From positions 7,931,812 through 7,995,811 of the forward strand of contig NC_092675.1 in the NCBI RefSeq assembly GCF_964355755.1: DNA of 64,000 nt. Reading direction: 5' to 3'. Positions 1 through 13,560 of the stretch are shown one piece after another; positions within the stretch are counted from its first letter, which is position 1; every line of letters starts with the position of its first letter. The position numbers and the translations under genes were made by a program. Source of the stretch: Antedon mediterranea. Its lineage: Eukaryota > Animalia > Echinodermata. The notes beneath the pieces were generated by a model. It was not told the DNA's origin and did not search any database. It saw nothing but the letters and a program-made list of their open reading frames with translations.

Positions 1-117
1 AAAGGCTTCCAATTTATGTTTCTGATAATTATTAATATATTCATATCATAAATACTGGTACGAGATGGAAATTGATATAAAAAGTACAAAGTACTAATGT
101 ATTGGTAAGTAGGAAAC

Positions 118-900
118 GATAATGACAACAAATAATGTGTACATCAACATGAAATAATAAGGCATATCATTATAAGTTTAGATAAACCAAACAATTCTTA
201 GAAATTATTATTAATAAGGCCTCAACAATAATGACACCAAACGTGAAATAATGTGTACATCAACATGAAATAATAAGGCATATCATTATAAGTTTAGATA
301 AACCAAACAATTCTTAGAAATTATTATTAATAAGGCCTCAACAATAATGACACCAAACGTGAAATAATGTGTACATCAACATGAAATAATAAGGCATATC
401 ATTATAAGTTTAGATAAACCAAACAATTCTTAGAAATTATTATTAATAAGGCCTCAACAATAATGACACCAAACGTGAAATAATGTGTACATCAACATGA
501 AATAATAAGGCATATCATTATGAGTTTAGATAAACCAAACAATTCTTAGAAATTATTATTAATAAGGCCTCAACAATAATGACACCAAACGTGAAATAAT
601 GTGTACATCAACATGAAATAATAAGGCATATCATTATGAGTTTAGATAAACCAAACAATTCTTAGAAATTATTATTAATAAGGCCTCAACAATAATGACA
701 CCAAACGTGAAATAATGTGTACATCAACATAAAATAATAAGGCATATCATTATGAGTTTAGATAAACCAAACAATTCTTAGTAGAAATTATTATTATTAA
801 TAGGGCCTCAACAATAATGACACCAAACGTGAAATAATGTGTACATCAACATGAAATAATAAGGCATATAATTATGAGTTAAAGCGAACAATTCGAAGAA
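118..900. repeat. 116-bp tandem minisatellite, about 6.5 copies
   Basis: The anchor atgtgtac recurs at 135, 251, 367, 483, 599, 715 and 837. Units are nearly identical and the last copy is degenerate. Confidence 0.95.
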
Positions 901-1450
901 ATTATGATTATTAATATTAAGCCTAAATATAAGCATATAATTAATTACATATTCAATTTTTTGTGGGTGACATCTTACTCATATGAGAAAATATTTCCAC
1001 CAACCAGTTCACTTTAAATCCATCATCCGATGAATTGATATTGAAATAGAGACGCTGTAGGCCCACAATCTGACAATATCAATTACAGATGCAACAAGGT
1101 TTTTTTGTGTGGGTAATTCTATTATTATATTAATGTATTATTATTGTATAAATATCGTTTTATTATACAATGAGTATTGTATCATACTGTCGTTGCATCC
1201 CAAAGTATATAGGCCTAGGCCACCTTCGTTTGAACACAGTGAACATCGCCTGAATGCATTGCTATTGTAACTAAATAAGATTACCGATGAAAAATATAAT
1301 ACTAATATCGCTCTGTAATTATTTTCAGATAATGAGATTAACTCGTGGATGATTGACCCAGTAAGTAAGCAGCATGTAGAATTCTACATGGTGAGTTTTT
1401 TGGTTGAGCAGCTGGGTCGAGAACGAGTCATCATCATCAACAAGTCATCG

Positions 1451-2230
1451 TAAAGCTTGGTTCCCACTAGGACACAACGCAAGGACGTAAGACGCAACGC
1501 AGGCGAATATTGACCAATCAAAAGCAATGTATTACATGATCTGTTGACTGTTTATATGGCGTATAATAAATAAGACCTATTTTAGAATATGCTGCCCCTG
1601 TTTGGCATGGCGCTATCACTAAGGAAATGTCCAAGTCTATTGAAAAGGTACAAAAGAGAGCATTGCGTATCATGCTAGGTAACAACTATTTGTGCTATGA
1701 TCATGCATTGTCTGTTACTGGTTTACCTACTCTTGTTGAGAGAAGAAACAAACTTGTGCTGTCTTTCGGGGAAGGCTTATTAAAATCCTAGCTGTTTATA
1801 GAAATACTTCCCCCTCTTCATAAGCCAGCTCGGTCTCTCAGATTCAACCGCTTTCTAGAAGTACCTCATTGTAAAACCAGCAGACTTAGGTCGTCTCCAG
1901 TTCCCACCATGGTGGATATAATTAATAGGCACCACTAGCTCTTTTTTAGATATGTAATAAGTGAATGTTTTAAGGTTTTTTATTCATCTATGTTTTTAAT
2001 TTTATGGTACGATATCTAATTTTAATAAGATGTTTCTATTTTTATAGCAATTTTAACTAATTTTTAGTAATTTGTAATACAATTCATTTCAGTCCTTGAC
2101 TGTCGTTTTGTAATATATTTTTATATACCGAATAAATAAAAAAAAATTATTCAAACTGTCGCCTGTGATTGGTCAATTCCCTTGTGTTGCGTTACGTCCT
2201 TGCGTTGCGTCCTACTAGGAACCAAGCTTA
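1451..2230. mobile_element. MITE family 1 (AAGCTTGGTTCCCACTAG termini) interrupted by a LINE fragment
   Basis: Inverted ends aagcttggttcccactagga...tcctactaggaaccaagctt, with internal tgaccaatca / tgattggtca arms. Related copies lie near 3810-3890, 23637-23775, 35310-35440, 49238-49330, 49480-49567 and 49906-50054. Confidence 0.8.
1534..2146 (+). mobile_element. 5'-truncated CR1/L2-group LINE 3' fragment
   Basis: Degenerate translation IRPILEYAAPVWHGAITKEMSKSIEKVQKRALRIML resembles the ORF2 C-terminus of these LINEs. It ends in an AATAAA/A-rich tail. Confidence 0.75.
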
Positions 2231-4273
2231 AGAGTTGCATGTGTTGCAGCCATTGTAATGAAACCATGGTTTCTCCTCTTGTCAATGTATTTGACTAAAA
2301 GCACTGTTATATGGCGCTGATGATTCGTGCTTTTAGACCTCCGTGTTAAATAACGTTAACTAAGCCTCGCTCTTTCAATATTCTATCATTTATTATGATT
2401 GCCGTGCTTTTTTTTAAGCTACCCGGTCTTTGTGTCACCGAATAAATGAATTGTGTTATTTTGAAAATAAGCCAAGTGATACAATAGCGAGTTGAGTTAG
2501 ATAGACTGCGTGCGACATGTAATCGAAACGTGTTATGTGTTATGGTTATGAATAGGCCTACAGTAGATTTAGCTGGATGTATAATATTGCTTTATAATCG
2601 GTATTAGATTTTGACATATGTATTAACATTTATTATTACAAAGATGGACTGTAATATGAGACATCGCAAGTAGAGCAATCTATCTAACACAGTCTAATTA
2701 ATCTAATTATGATGGTGACCTAGTGATATATGACCCTGATCTGTCATTTTCAGTTTTTTTTCAAAGAATCATAGAAAAATAACCACTGAATATACATTTC
2801 AATTTTCTCTGCGCCAGTTGTAGAATATCGCCGGTTAATATTTTTATGTTTTCCTTAATTAATCAGCCAAACCTATATTTTTTCTGCCATTTGTGGCACC
2901 CAGTCAGTAGTCCTCGGTCATGTTTTCCATTAATATTGGTAATAGTTTCCTATAATCCTTTCTTATAACCTGTGATACCTATATTTTTTCCTCATTATTT
3001 AAAAAAAATCATATGTTTCCCCTTGTTTTCGGTCAAGCAAAAAAAAAAAAAAAATCACGTTTTTTCCATTCTTTTCTGCCATTTGTGGCGCCCAGTCAGT
3101 GGTTCTCGATCATGCTCTGCGTTCTTTTCGGTAAAACATTTCTATTTCTTCTGTGATTTGTGGAGCCCAGTCAATAACTTTAATGATTAATTTCAAACAC
3201 ATCAATAATATTAAAAGATTTAAAATAGTATTTTCAACATTTTTATTTCGTTCACTACAAGTTTTAAACAAATTCAAAAAAGGTGGTAAGTTTGCTTATA
3301 GCAGACCTTACAAAACAATTATTTTATACATAAAAACCATTTACAAAAACCGCTATCTCTTTATCTTACATCAGATCAATCACTTAAAATGTTTTTTAAA
3401 AAATATTGCAAACACTCCAATTGATATTTGATTGTTAATGATAAAATTACACTTGTCTTACTATTTACAATCAAGATTACTGGAAGTGAAGTCTACAATA
3501 AATATATATGTCAAATATTACTGCAGTTAAGCTTTTAAAAACTTGTTTTTTTATACACATTTGCTTATTTGTATTTTAAACCCTATAATTAAAAAAGCCT
3601 TGATTTGAGATCCCAATCATTAAAACAAATTGATTCTATTAAAAAGAATATAGTTACTAAAAGACATTGATTGTGCATATTGTGGATTCTATAAAAAAAA
3701 AAGCAAAACATTTTTATTCTTGTTTAAAATAATACTTTTAGTAGTTGCAGTAAGCGTGAAACATTAAGTATGATTCACACTTGAATACAACAATGTCTAC
3801 CATAAGCAATTTGACCCATCACAACGCGATGAACAATCGAAACTGTTGCTTCCGATTGGTCAAATTGCATCCAAGCGGGAACCAACTAAACTGCAGTACG
3901 ATATAACATTCAATTCAAACAAAACTTACAAAATACAAAAATATAGATAGTGTATTGTGGACATGTTGAAGTACTAGCATAGATGTAGGACCTACGTTTT
4001 ACGTTCTTTGAATGATCAACAGGTAACATCATTATTTTTGTAATTTAATACATATCTGCACGTAGTTTTGTGGTTTTGTAAGGTAAACAAACATTAGTGC
4101 TACCTTAAATATAGCATCAAGTAACGGTAAACATGAATTTTATGGATCCTTTATTTTACATACGACTTTTGGACCTATACAGTAAGTAAAATGTAGGTCC
4201 TACAGTTAAAGATAACAGTTTAAAAAGTTCTTGTCTTAATGTTTTTATAAGCACTTTCACTCAGCTTGCAGTG

Positions 4274-7200
4274 CTAGGTCCGGCCACCAGGCATGCACCT
4301 GGTGAATTCCTCATAAGCTGCATATTCCTCATCATTAAGACTGTAAAAAGAAGAAAAACCCAATAAAACAGTATGTTAGAAAATAAAGTTTATTTAATAT
4401 AACAATTTTAATGAGATATTATCATGTAAATACAACAAGAATAAACTTTTGAATCATTTTAGTAATTAATTTATTGTGAAAGGTGAAAGGTTTTGCTTGA
4501 TTAAATTCGGATAAAAGTACAAGGTTAGACCGCATCATTGACTAAATAATTAAAATACTGTAAAATGCCTATGGCCAAGTAATCGGAAGACCTTTATATG
4601 ACACTAAAACCTTCAAATTATAATTATAGCCACTATCGAAATTGAATACGCAAATTGTTCAAGATTTGACTTTTGAAGTGCAACTGATCCAAAGAAAAAT
4701 ATGACCTTAGAGACTTGAAGCCTGGCTTTTACCGCAGCACTTGTTTATTTGTGCTTTATAAATCTACCTTTATTGTTATGATGCCCAAGCAAAAAGAATG
4801 ACAGTCGATAAGATTGTTTAACTGATTTTGTATAATTAATGAAATAATAATTTGTAGACAATTTGTGTTTCTACTAAAATCAATTACAAATAAAAAGAGA
4901 TAATTCTATGTATAGTTTATATGAAAATGACAATAAATGGAATTAATTTTCCACTGATGAATGAATGAATGAAAAAGATTTATTTATTTATTTATTTATT
5001 ACCATCTTTACTGAGGGTAGCCTATCCAGTTCCTAATGGAACTGATCATTAAGGGCCCTCGATAAAACATACATACAGTAAAACACATAAAATATTGAAT
5101 ATTCAAATGACATAATTTAGGCCTAAAAATTTACAATGGTTATAAAATTCATATAGTAGATTTAGATCAAATTTTGGGCTTGGGAAACAGAACAATTTTT
5201 GTTAGGCCTTTTAACATACTGTAATATTATCATTTTTATCATCAAAGTCATCATGATTATTATTACTGTATCACTGTAATTGTTAAATATTATAATTATC
5301 TAATTTAATACCTGTCTCAAAAACCAGTCTCAAATCACAGCTACCAATTTTTTTTTCCAGAGCTAATCATGCATACATTAGCATAAAATTAATGTCTTAC
5401 CCTTGGTCATAGGTAGAACTACTTTCACTTGTATAATAGTCATCGTCATTGTATCTTTGTGATTTTTCATTGTTTCCCAGACTCCATTTGTTTGTTAGGA
5501 ACTCGTCCATATTATTTAAATCACTTTCATTTACATAAATAATACCTATAATATAAATAAAAAATTATATATAAATTTACAGGCAAAAAGAAACTCCAAT
5601 CCTTCCAGTAATCTACTAAAAAATAATTATTTAAAAATGGTGAAGATATGGAAATTTGTGAGAATGTGAAAAAGCTTCCACAACCAAGATTCGAACGTCT
5701 TCTGTTTGATATCCAGACATCCTACTATTAGACCATATGGGCTTTCATGGTATGATTCAAATCCGATTGGAGCGACTTTTTGACATCCTCAGTGTGGTAC
5801 AGTGAAAGAGCACTACTTCCCAATTGTATACACTTTGTAAAATATATATAGAGTTTAAGCATATTCAATCAACTTAATTTTTTGCTAGACCTTCGTCTAT
5901 TAAAGATTTATTTTTACTATTAATAATTCAGTAGCATATAATGCAGTATAATCTCGTTTGCATATGTAAGTTAGTTTTCAAAATCAACTTGATATACAGC
6001 ATATTTATTTCCAACAATATTTTCAAATTTTATAGCAGTGACCACAATGGAAGAAATTTTATATCATTAAACAGTGTTAAATGCTAATTTAAAAACATTG
6101 AAAAATAAAAGATTGCTTTCTAAAAGTCTGTCTACACTATCAAACTTTATGTGACAAAAATAGTGTACCCATATGTGCCACGGTGATGTCATATCACTAC
6201 CATATTTGAGCAGACCACGCTTGTTTTGTCAAACTATTTTGATAGTCTAAACTAGGCTTAAGCATGGTCTTGTCTCAGGCTTAAATCACATCTGGACTGC
6301 CAGGATTTGACCCTAGCACCATGGGATTGGTAAGCAAGAATGTCGCCTACCATGCTACATTACCACAGGACAAGTCTTTTGAAAATTGCAGGTGTGCTGT
6401 AGACAGTACACCTCGAGGTAAGATTAGGTGGCCATGCCTCAAAAGACAAGGCCTGGCACAACTTTAAATAAATTCGCCTCTACTGAAACATTACCATTTA
6501 CTGTACAAAGACCTGACTGATCGAGCATATACCAACTGTACAAAGCTCTGTCTACACTATCAAACTTTATGTGACAAAAAATGTGATGTGTCTACATATG
6601 GACATGTTGATGTCATATCACTACCATATCTGGGCATATCACTACCATATTTGGGCATATCACTACCATATCTGGGCATATCACTACCATATTTGGGCAC
6701 ATCACAAACTAGTTTGATAGTGTAGACTGAGCTTTAGGCTACATTCACACACTTTCACAGAACAAAAAATAGCATTAAATTCTTTATACTAAACAAAACT
6801 GGAAACGGATTGTAGTTTTACTTAGTGAATCTAATTAAGAAATAAAAACTTCCTCACACAACACTGGTCTAAAAGTGCTCTTTAATTGGAGGTGTATTAT
6901 TTCGTAAGTATTAGTAATTATTAAATGCAATTAACTTGATTAAGAATAGTTCTTCACGTTTTGCCAAATCTACACTCAAAAATTCCAAAAGTCCTTACTA
7001 GCTTCTTCTTGAGAAATGACTCTACCATCAGGTGCATAGAATGTGTAATCGTTCTGGAAAAAAAGAAAACAAGTTATTATACAAGTTTTGTTTATTAATT
7101 TCCACAAATAATATATAATTTTCTTAATAAATCTTTAAATATTTATAAATGTAGAGTTCACAATAAGTCTAGATATAGATTTTAAACAGAGCTAGCCACG

Positions 7201-10200
7201 ATTAACATAACAGAACATTACAATGATAATACTGTACACTTTGAATATTTGCAGTTATTTAAATTATGCATGTTGGAACACAATGCAAATACATCCCCCT
7301 TAAACTCAGTGTTAAATATGCATACTCTACTCCAAATTTTCTTCTTAACTATAATTGAGCTACAGGTCCTGAAGAGGATTTTAAAATGTTGTATTTATCC
7401 ATAAGACCACTAAACAATGATGTCACTCAGAAAAGTAAATTATGTGTTCATCCGAAAACAGGCAACACTAAACAAGCCACAAAATCGATCGAACGAGTAC
7501 AGAATAGAATTTTGCGTATTATATTTGGTTACAATTTAAATCTTGTTGAGTTACGCAAGGCTGCTGGGCTCCCTTTACTTGTGGCAAAGTGGAACTAACT
7601 CTTACTTTTGGTAAGAAACTCTTGGTTTCTGATAATTTTAGGCATTTGCTCCTTCCTTGCCACACGTTTATTAGAGCCCTGCAGCATCATCGTCTCTCAT
7701 ATGAAATCAGGTGCAATGTAAATCTACAATATCCACCCTTGTTAAATGTTAAATGAACCTAGTTAATTAATCTTTTATTATAATTATTAATTTAATACTA
7801 AATACAATATACTGTATGCATTTTAATCCAAATTTTAATATCTTAATATATCTTGTTTGTAGGGTATTGTTTCTTATTTTGATGTTTCATATTTTATAAT
7901 GCCCTATCAATTATGTAAATATTTTAGTCTATTTGATTTTGCAATAAAGGCCAAAAAACATGGATAGTTCCACAAGCCCACCTCATGTTCTCAATAAATG
8001 ATATCCATTTAGAAAAAAATAATATGTGAACTGACTGGTCACACTACACAAGCAACACACGCTTGATACACATCCCCTTAAGCCAATTGTTCTAAGCACA
8101 TAATCACTTACCAGATCTGCAACACCAACTGCACTATCTCCTGAAGCAGCAGCAGCACCAGCACTGGAATACATCTGCTGGGCTGCCGGTGACATTGTGT
8201 CTCTTCCCCAATTGCTTGCTCTAAGTTCAATTAAACTCAATAATGTTTCCCTTGTTTTCCTAGAAAATAACACAAATGCACATTAAAAATCAAGAATGTT
8301 TTTCGTAGCCAGACGAAATTTTTAATCAATTTTTTTTTTAATATTAAAATATGTTCTGTAACATTTAGTTAGTATAATAAAAAAAATGCTAGGATTTTAT
8401 ATCTGGCAACAATCATATATTTACCATTTTATTATTATTAATTTATACAATTATAAATCAGAATATTTTTGTAACTATTATAGATTTACTACACATTGTG
8501 TGGATATTAAAACGCATTAAAAAAAATAAATGTATTAATTTTCTTATTATTATTCTTTCATTTTGTTTCTTTATTGTGAAGCACCTCTGAACATTATTAT
8601 TATAGATATTTGTGCTATATAAGTCTGACTGAATGAATATTCCTGGTTTACAGTTCAAGTCCAAAACCGTATTCAATGTACCTTTTAGAATGTTACGTTT
8701 AGCTAAAGCTTTTTTGCTTGTTTTGTGGCTGTCCCTGTTTCATTTCTTCTCAGTTTTTACAATGTTACAAATTTACTCCTCTTTATTTGAAATGGAAAAC
8801 TAAATATCAATAAGTACTTCTTTTATTTTAATGATATTGAAATATTTTATACCTGCAATTAAATCAAAAATTGTAAAAGTTGTTTGATTTTAAAATGTGT
8901 GTGTAGAAATTCTCTGTTGGATGTGCATTGAATAAACAAAATAAATCTAACATACAATTTGCATAATTAATTTTGGTTAATTAATACCTCTGTAATTTAT
9001 TATCTAGAATGATGTTTCTAATAGTAGAGAAAAGGTTCTGAAGACTAGTCATGCCGCCCGTCTCCCTATCAAAATCATCTGCCTGAGCTCCAGTCAATTT
9101 CAACAGCCTAATCAACATTTTTGCATTTTCATCATCGGGATATTTAAGAAAAGATTCCATTAAGCCATTTAAAGCTTTTCTTAAAATGTCAATCTTTCTT
9201 GGTTTATTGTTTGTCATTACCTAAAAGAAATATTTCAAATTCAGAAGATTCCATACAGTATCATGTCTAGTGACAAAAAACAGTTTTCAGTATCCTATCT
9301 GTAGACTGCAACAGGCTTAACCTAACTCATAGACATGATATTGTATGTGTATCATGTCTTAAATTTAACTTGATTCGAGATTTGAATTTTGAGGCAACAG
9401 AATATTTATTGGTTGGACCCTCCTACCAAGATGGGCACTTGTAACAGTCCTTTGATCTTATGTGTGGCTGCGACAAATACCAACAGTAACTGAACTATGT
9501 ACATATTCTCTGTGGCACGCAGTGTTTGTTAAGGGGTGTGGGACTGATCGTGTCACAGCCACAGATAAACCCTTTGATCTCCGGAGCTCAGCATCCTGTT
9601 GTTAGATTGCCTCGCTCCTACTATGCTCTAGAATGTTCTTCCTGCTCAATAAAGTAGCTTGAATCTCCAGTCTCATAATTTGGGACAGGCAAAGGGTATT
9701 CTGATTTGTTTCATAAAATGCTGGGAATGTTAAAATAAAAACAAACATTAAAGTACAAACATACATCCATGTTTAAGAACAAGTCAGCTATGAACATCGT
9801 AAACCGATACAGTCTTTCTTTTAGAATTGGATCAGTCAACGCAGTTTCTCGTTCGTGAAACTCTTTCTTCAATCTATTTAAGAAATAATAGTAAAGATAC
9901 AACATTATTTATCTATATTTAGATATCAGATGATGGAAGAATGAGCAATGTATAACAAAGAAACTGGAATCAGTAATAATTGGAAAATATGTGCCATAAA
10001 CAAACGTACGGCGCTACTGCAGTTTCACACCTAAATCTGGGCATAAGGCTTCACGGTCACTCACTATTACCGCCATGCAGTGGGTGAATGTTTTAAATTG
10101 GGTAAGCTCTAGAGATTGCGGTGCGAAAGTGCAGTAGCAACCCAAATATATTCAGTGGAATCAATCATGTGAAATGAACAAGGAAAAATATGTTTTAATC

Positions 10201-12677
10201 CCTATTAAATCTGGGTTGCCACTAGGACGTAATGCACAGATGTATAAAGCGCAATGTAAGTGGGAACCGTTGAAACACCAGTTCTTGTCAGATCACCGAA
10301 GTTAAGAAACGTTGGGCCCAGTTAAAGCTTTGATGGAAGACCATCTGGGAATACCGGGTGCTGTATATGGAGCCCCTGCATCTAGTATCTGCCTCAGGCG
10401 TATTGGCTTATGCCTCTGCTCTGTTAAGGTGGGCACTGGACGAGAGAAGCCCTCAATGGTCAATGTTAGGATCAGCCAAAGGTGCTTTAAACAGTCCTGG
10501 GTTAGTCATAATTCAGGTGAATGTAAGACTAATTGACATTGTCGGTCATATAATAGGGATACCACTGTAACCTTACTTGTCCATTAAAATATTTCTAAAC
10601 AAATCTGAATCCATCCCTGGTTGTACTAGTAGCTTCTTAGACAGGCAGTTACAAACTTTTGCTGCAGTGTATGTGAAGTTTGTGTCAAAAATTGCCTATA
10701 AAGAATAAAATAAAAACCATAAAATTAACCTTATATTGTATTTTATTAAAATATAAGTTGATACAATGAATATAAACTATATTAAAGACTGGAATAATCT
10801 TATATTAAAAAAGAATAAAGACATTCACAAATTCCATCTTGGGCATGGACAAACTAAAAATAATTTGTAACCATATTGTATGGAACTAGTTTGATGGAAT
10901 AAAGCCCCTGTTTTCACTTAAGCACTATCTTGACCTAAGCAAAACAATTGTTAAATGCCAACCCTAACAGTGTTGATGTTCATTTCTAGTGTAGCACCTT
11001 TAGAATTAAATTTATGTTGTTAAAAGCAAACCGTTCACCGATGTGCGACATTCACTGTACAGCAGGGTCGTATAAACTCAAAACCACTGAACTGGTTAGT
11101 AGAACCATGGAGGTATATCAAACTTTATGTGACAAAAAAATGTGATGTGCCTATAATGATGTCATATCACTACCATATTTGAACATATAACTACCATATT
11201 TTGGCACATCACACATTTTGTTAAAACTAGTTTGATAGTGTAGACAGAGCATTAAACACTTATATTCCCAATAATACCTGTTCATAGATAAACTCTACCA
11301 GGTTGTCTAGTTGATTCAAGTCGAGTGGGTTCGTGTTGAGAGCAATTACTAACTGTTCAATGTATTCATCAAAACAGCCTGGATTTATAGACATTACATT
11401 TAATACATCCTTTACATTGCTTATGATATCGACCTAAAATCAAAAATATGCATTATATAAACATTATTAACTTAAAATTGTACACTGTACACTAATATAA
11501 GAAACATACTGGTATTACCATAGTAACTGTCTATTCTAAACTGAACCAAATGTTACACTGTTTAATTGCATAAGCTCCCCTCATGTCCATCTCTGTAAGT
11601 CAATTCATGACTTGAGCTGCGAGAACTAGTACAGTACTAGTAATTGTGTAGCAGTGCAATCCCTGCTTTTTGGTGAATTTCGTACACTGGACACATAATT
11701 CATGTAGAGTTAGGCCTTATCTAACAAGATATTTTTACTCCATTCACAGGGTCCTGGGTTTACAGTAAGTACTGTTGGATTCCAACAACTACAATTTCAA
11801 GACTTGTTTGTTAAAGACTTTCTTTTTATCATGGCAGTGAATAAATTCCCTATTGTCAATATGCCTTAAAAATGAATACAGGTAAAATAATATGACAATT
11901 CTTTAGAAGTAAACACAGAATTAACTAGAAATATGTATATTGCTTTGCATAAATAAAAACAATAGAACTAAAGTCCTTACATTTGCAGAAGTCGCACCAG
12001 TCAAAACATGATTATCTTCTGAAGGAACCGACAGAACCGTAGGCTGTAATGCTTCCATTGATGGTACGCGTACCAATGTTGGGTCGTCTACAAATGTTGG
12101 GTCTAAAACCACTGGTAGTAACCGCTGGTTGTAAACAGGTGGTGCTTTTGGTACAGCCCCACCAGGAGTAAAAGCTTTAGCATTTGGATTGAGGGAGGAA
12201 TGATTTTGAAATCCTGATGACATGTTCTGCCAACTTGCAGCTAAACAAAATAATTAAAAAATTAATAAAAATGTTTTTAATTGATTTAGGTAACTGTACT
12301 GTTTTGTGGGACAGATAGATAATCTTTATGTTACCTTTTAATGTTTTCTTCTTGTACACGTTGGATTATTTTATTATTTGTTAATATGTTTTTTTATATA
12401 GATTAATTTTTTGTTCTCACTTGAACTTTGTTTGGGTATTGGCTTATTGTTTCCTTGTCGGAAAGTTTAAATGTAAAGTCATACTACCTGGTGGAGTTTT
12501 CATTGGTTGTTCTCCTGGTTTGTATGGCCTACGTAACGTGAGCCCTTCTGCTGGCTTTGTTTCTACTGGCTTTGTTTCTACTGGCTTTGTTTCTACTGGC
12601 TTCTCTTCCACTGTCTCCTGTACTTCTGAACCATTCGGATTCCAGGTTGAGATCTCATAACTACCAGCATCTGCCAT
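4274..12677 (-). CDS. PAIP1: Polyadenylate-binding protein-interacting protein 1, about 493 aa, 10 coding exons
   Basis: Minus-strand exons 12677-12488, 12240-11981, 11433-11278, 10695-10577, 9873-9765, 9220-8988, 8259-8112, 7053-6999, 5545-5401 and 4340-4274 all have GT-AG borders and compatible phase. The product has a PAM2 motif (SLNPNAKAFTP), MIF4G-region motifs (NPGCFDEYIEQL, NFTYTAAKVCNCLS, LLKLTG, LLSLIELRASNWGR), TFYAPDG and an acidic PAM1-like end (EEYAAYEEF). Confidence 0.93.
5635..5775 (-). mobile_element. Degenerate copy of the tRNA-headed element seen at 15.1 kb
   Basis: The reverse complement matches ccatgaaagccc...ggtctaat..taggatgtctggatatcaa...cattctcaca.atttcc of the 15081-15225 copy. 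Confidence 0.7.
6543..6736. mobile_element. MITE family 2 (GCTCTGTCTACACTATCAAAC termini)
   Basis: Near-perfect inverted ends with internal tandem catatcactaccatatttggg units. Other copies at about 6124-6260, 11115-11253, 14785-14915, 26079-26237 and 44070-44246. Confidence 0.85.
7380..7960 (+). mobile_element. Decayed CR1/L2-group LINE 3' fragment in a PAIP1 intron
   Basis: SIRPL...KSIERVQNRILRIIFG parallels the 1534-2146 fragment. It contains stops and frameshifts and has AATAAA near 7943. Confidence 0.6.
10268..10576 (+). mobile_element. 5S rRNA-derived sequence with an unrelated 3' body (candidate SINE3 or 5S pseudogene)
   Basis: 10268-10365 (cgttgaaacaccagttcttgtcagatcaccgaagttaag...gatggaagaccatctgggaataccgggtgctgta) matches metazoan 5S rRNA minus its 5' end, with substitutions. 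About 200 bp of non-5S sequence follows. Confidence 0.7.
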
Positions 12678-13401
12678 TCTGAATCATGTTTAAAAATTGG
12701 GTATTAGTGGTGGTCTAAAAGATAAGGCCTGAAGTGTCAGTGTTATTTGCAACATGATTGCAAAACAAATCTTTGTTCAATTCGGAAACTTCAAATTGCC
12801 CGGCCTCTCTGCGGAATTTAATTAAGTTTTCTTGAGTGTAGGGGTAATTTGGAGGGGTTAGCGCCTAGGTTTATCACAGGGGGAGGGGGGGAGGGGGGTT
12901 AAACTTCCCAATAATCAGGCCTCCTCATAATTTACTTAAATAAAATAATTTCTCAACTTCAATATTTACTACTACTAGGCCTAGGCCTAGTCTACCAGTA
13001 CGGCCACACAGAAAGCACAACACTAAAAACTAATATAATGCTTTAGCTGGCCTTGAAGTTTCCTAGCGTAACCTAGCCTAGGCCTAGCTACAAACAGCAG
13101 GACCTGCTCCAGTTCGTATCAACAACAACAACCAGAGCTAGGCATAGTAGACCTAGTCCCCTAGGCTAAGAGGGTCTGGGGCCTACCCAGCTAGTTGGCT
13201 AGGCATAGGCCTAGTTTAGTCCTCTCTCTACTCTAGCTAGGGGAATCACTAGCTAGGCCTAGGCTAGTAGGCTAGGCTAGTTAGAGGGCCTAACTAGACC
13301 TAGGCCTAGCCTAGGCTAGTCTAGAAGTCTGCCAAAAAGCATTAGGCCAGACTAATAATCAAATAGATAGATTATCATATAATGTGCAGTCAGTATCATA
13401 C

Positions 13402-13560
13402 TTGAAATATATTCACTCTAATGTGAAATACTTGAAATTAGAGTTTCCTTTCCTCGAAAAAAAGTGTCGAGAAAATCTTTTTTGATTTCATGCACACTTC
13501 TCGTTCGCACCGTACTACTCTATCAAAAAAACAAAGTAGCGCCATCTATGTCGGAAGTGA
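13402..13560 (-). promoter_or_regulatory. Probable non-coding first exon and promoter of PAIP1
   Basis: Minus-strand donor tttcaa|gtatga at 13401 and an acceptor 1 nt upstream of the ATG (exon 2 starts at 12678). There is an ETS-type CGGAAGTG at 13552 and a CTCF-like TAGCGCCATCTA at 13537. Confidence 0.55.

Noticed and set aside
118-900. CRISPR-like regular repeats (also 35930-36212 and 29670-30870)
   Set aside because: The units are contiguous with no unique spacers, the context is eukaryotic and there are no cas genes.
1329-1360. Possible plus-strand 32-nt exon (ttttcag|...gaccca|gtaagt; DNEINSWMIDP)
   Set aside because: The splice signals are good, but I found no partner exons or recognisable protein in the window. 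It could belong to a gene starting upstream.
9440-9687. Possible solo LTR (TG...CA with AATAAA) in a PAIP1 intron
   Set aside because: No convincing TSD and no second copy.
10268-10365. Functional 5S rRNA gene
   Set aside because: The 5' end is missing, there are several substitutions, there is no T-run terminator and it is not in an array.
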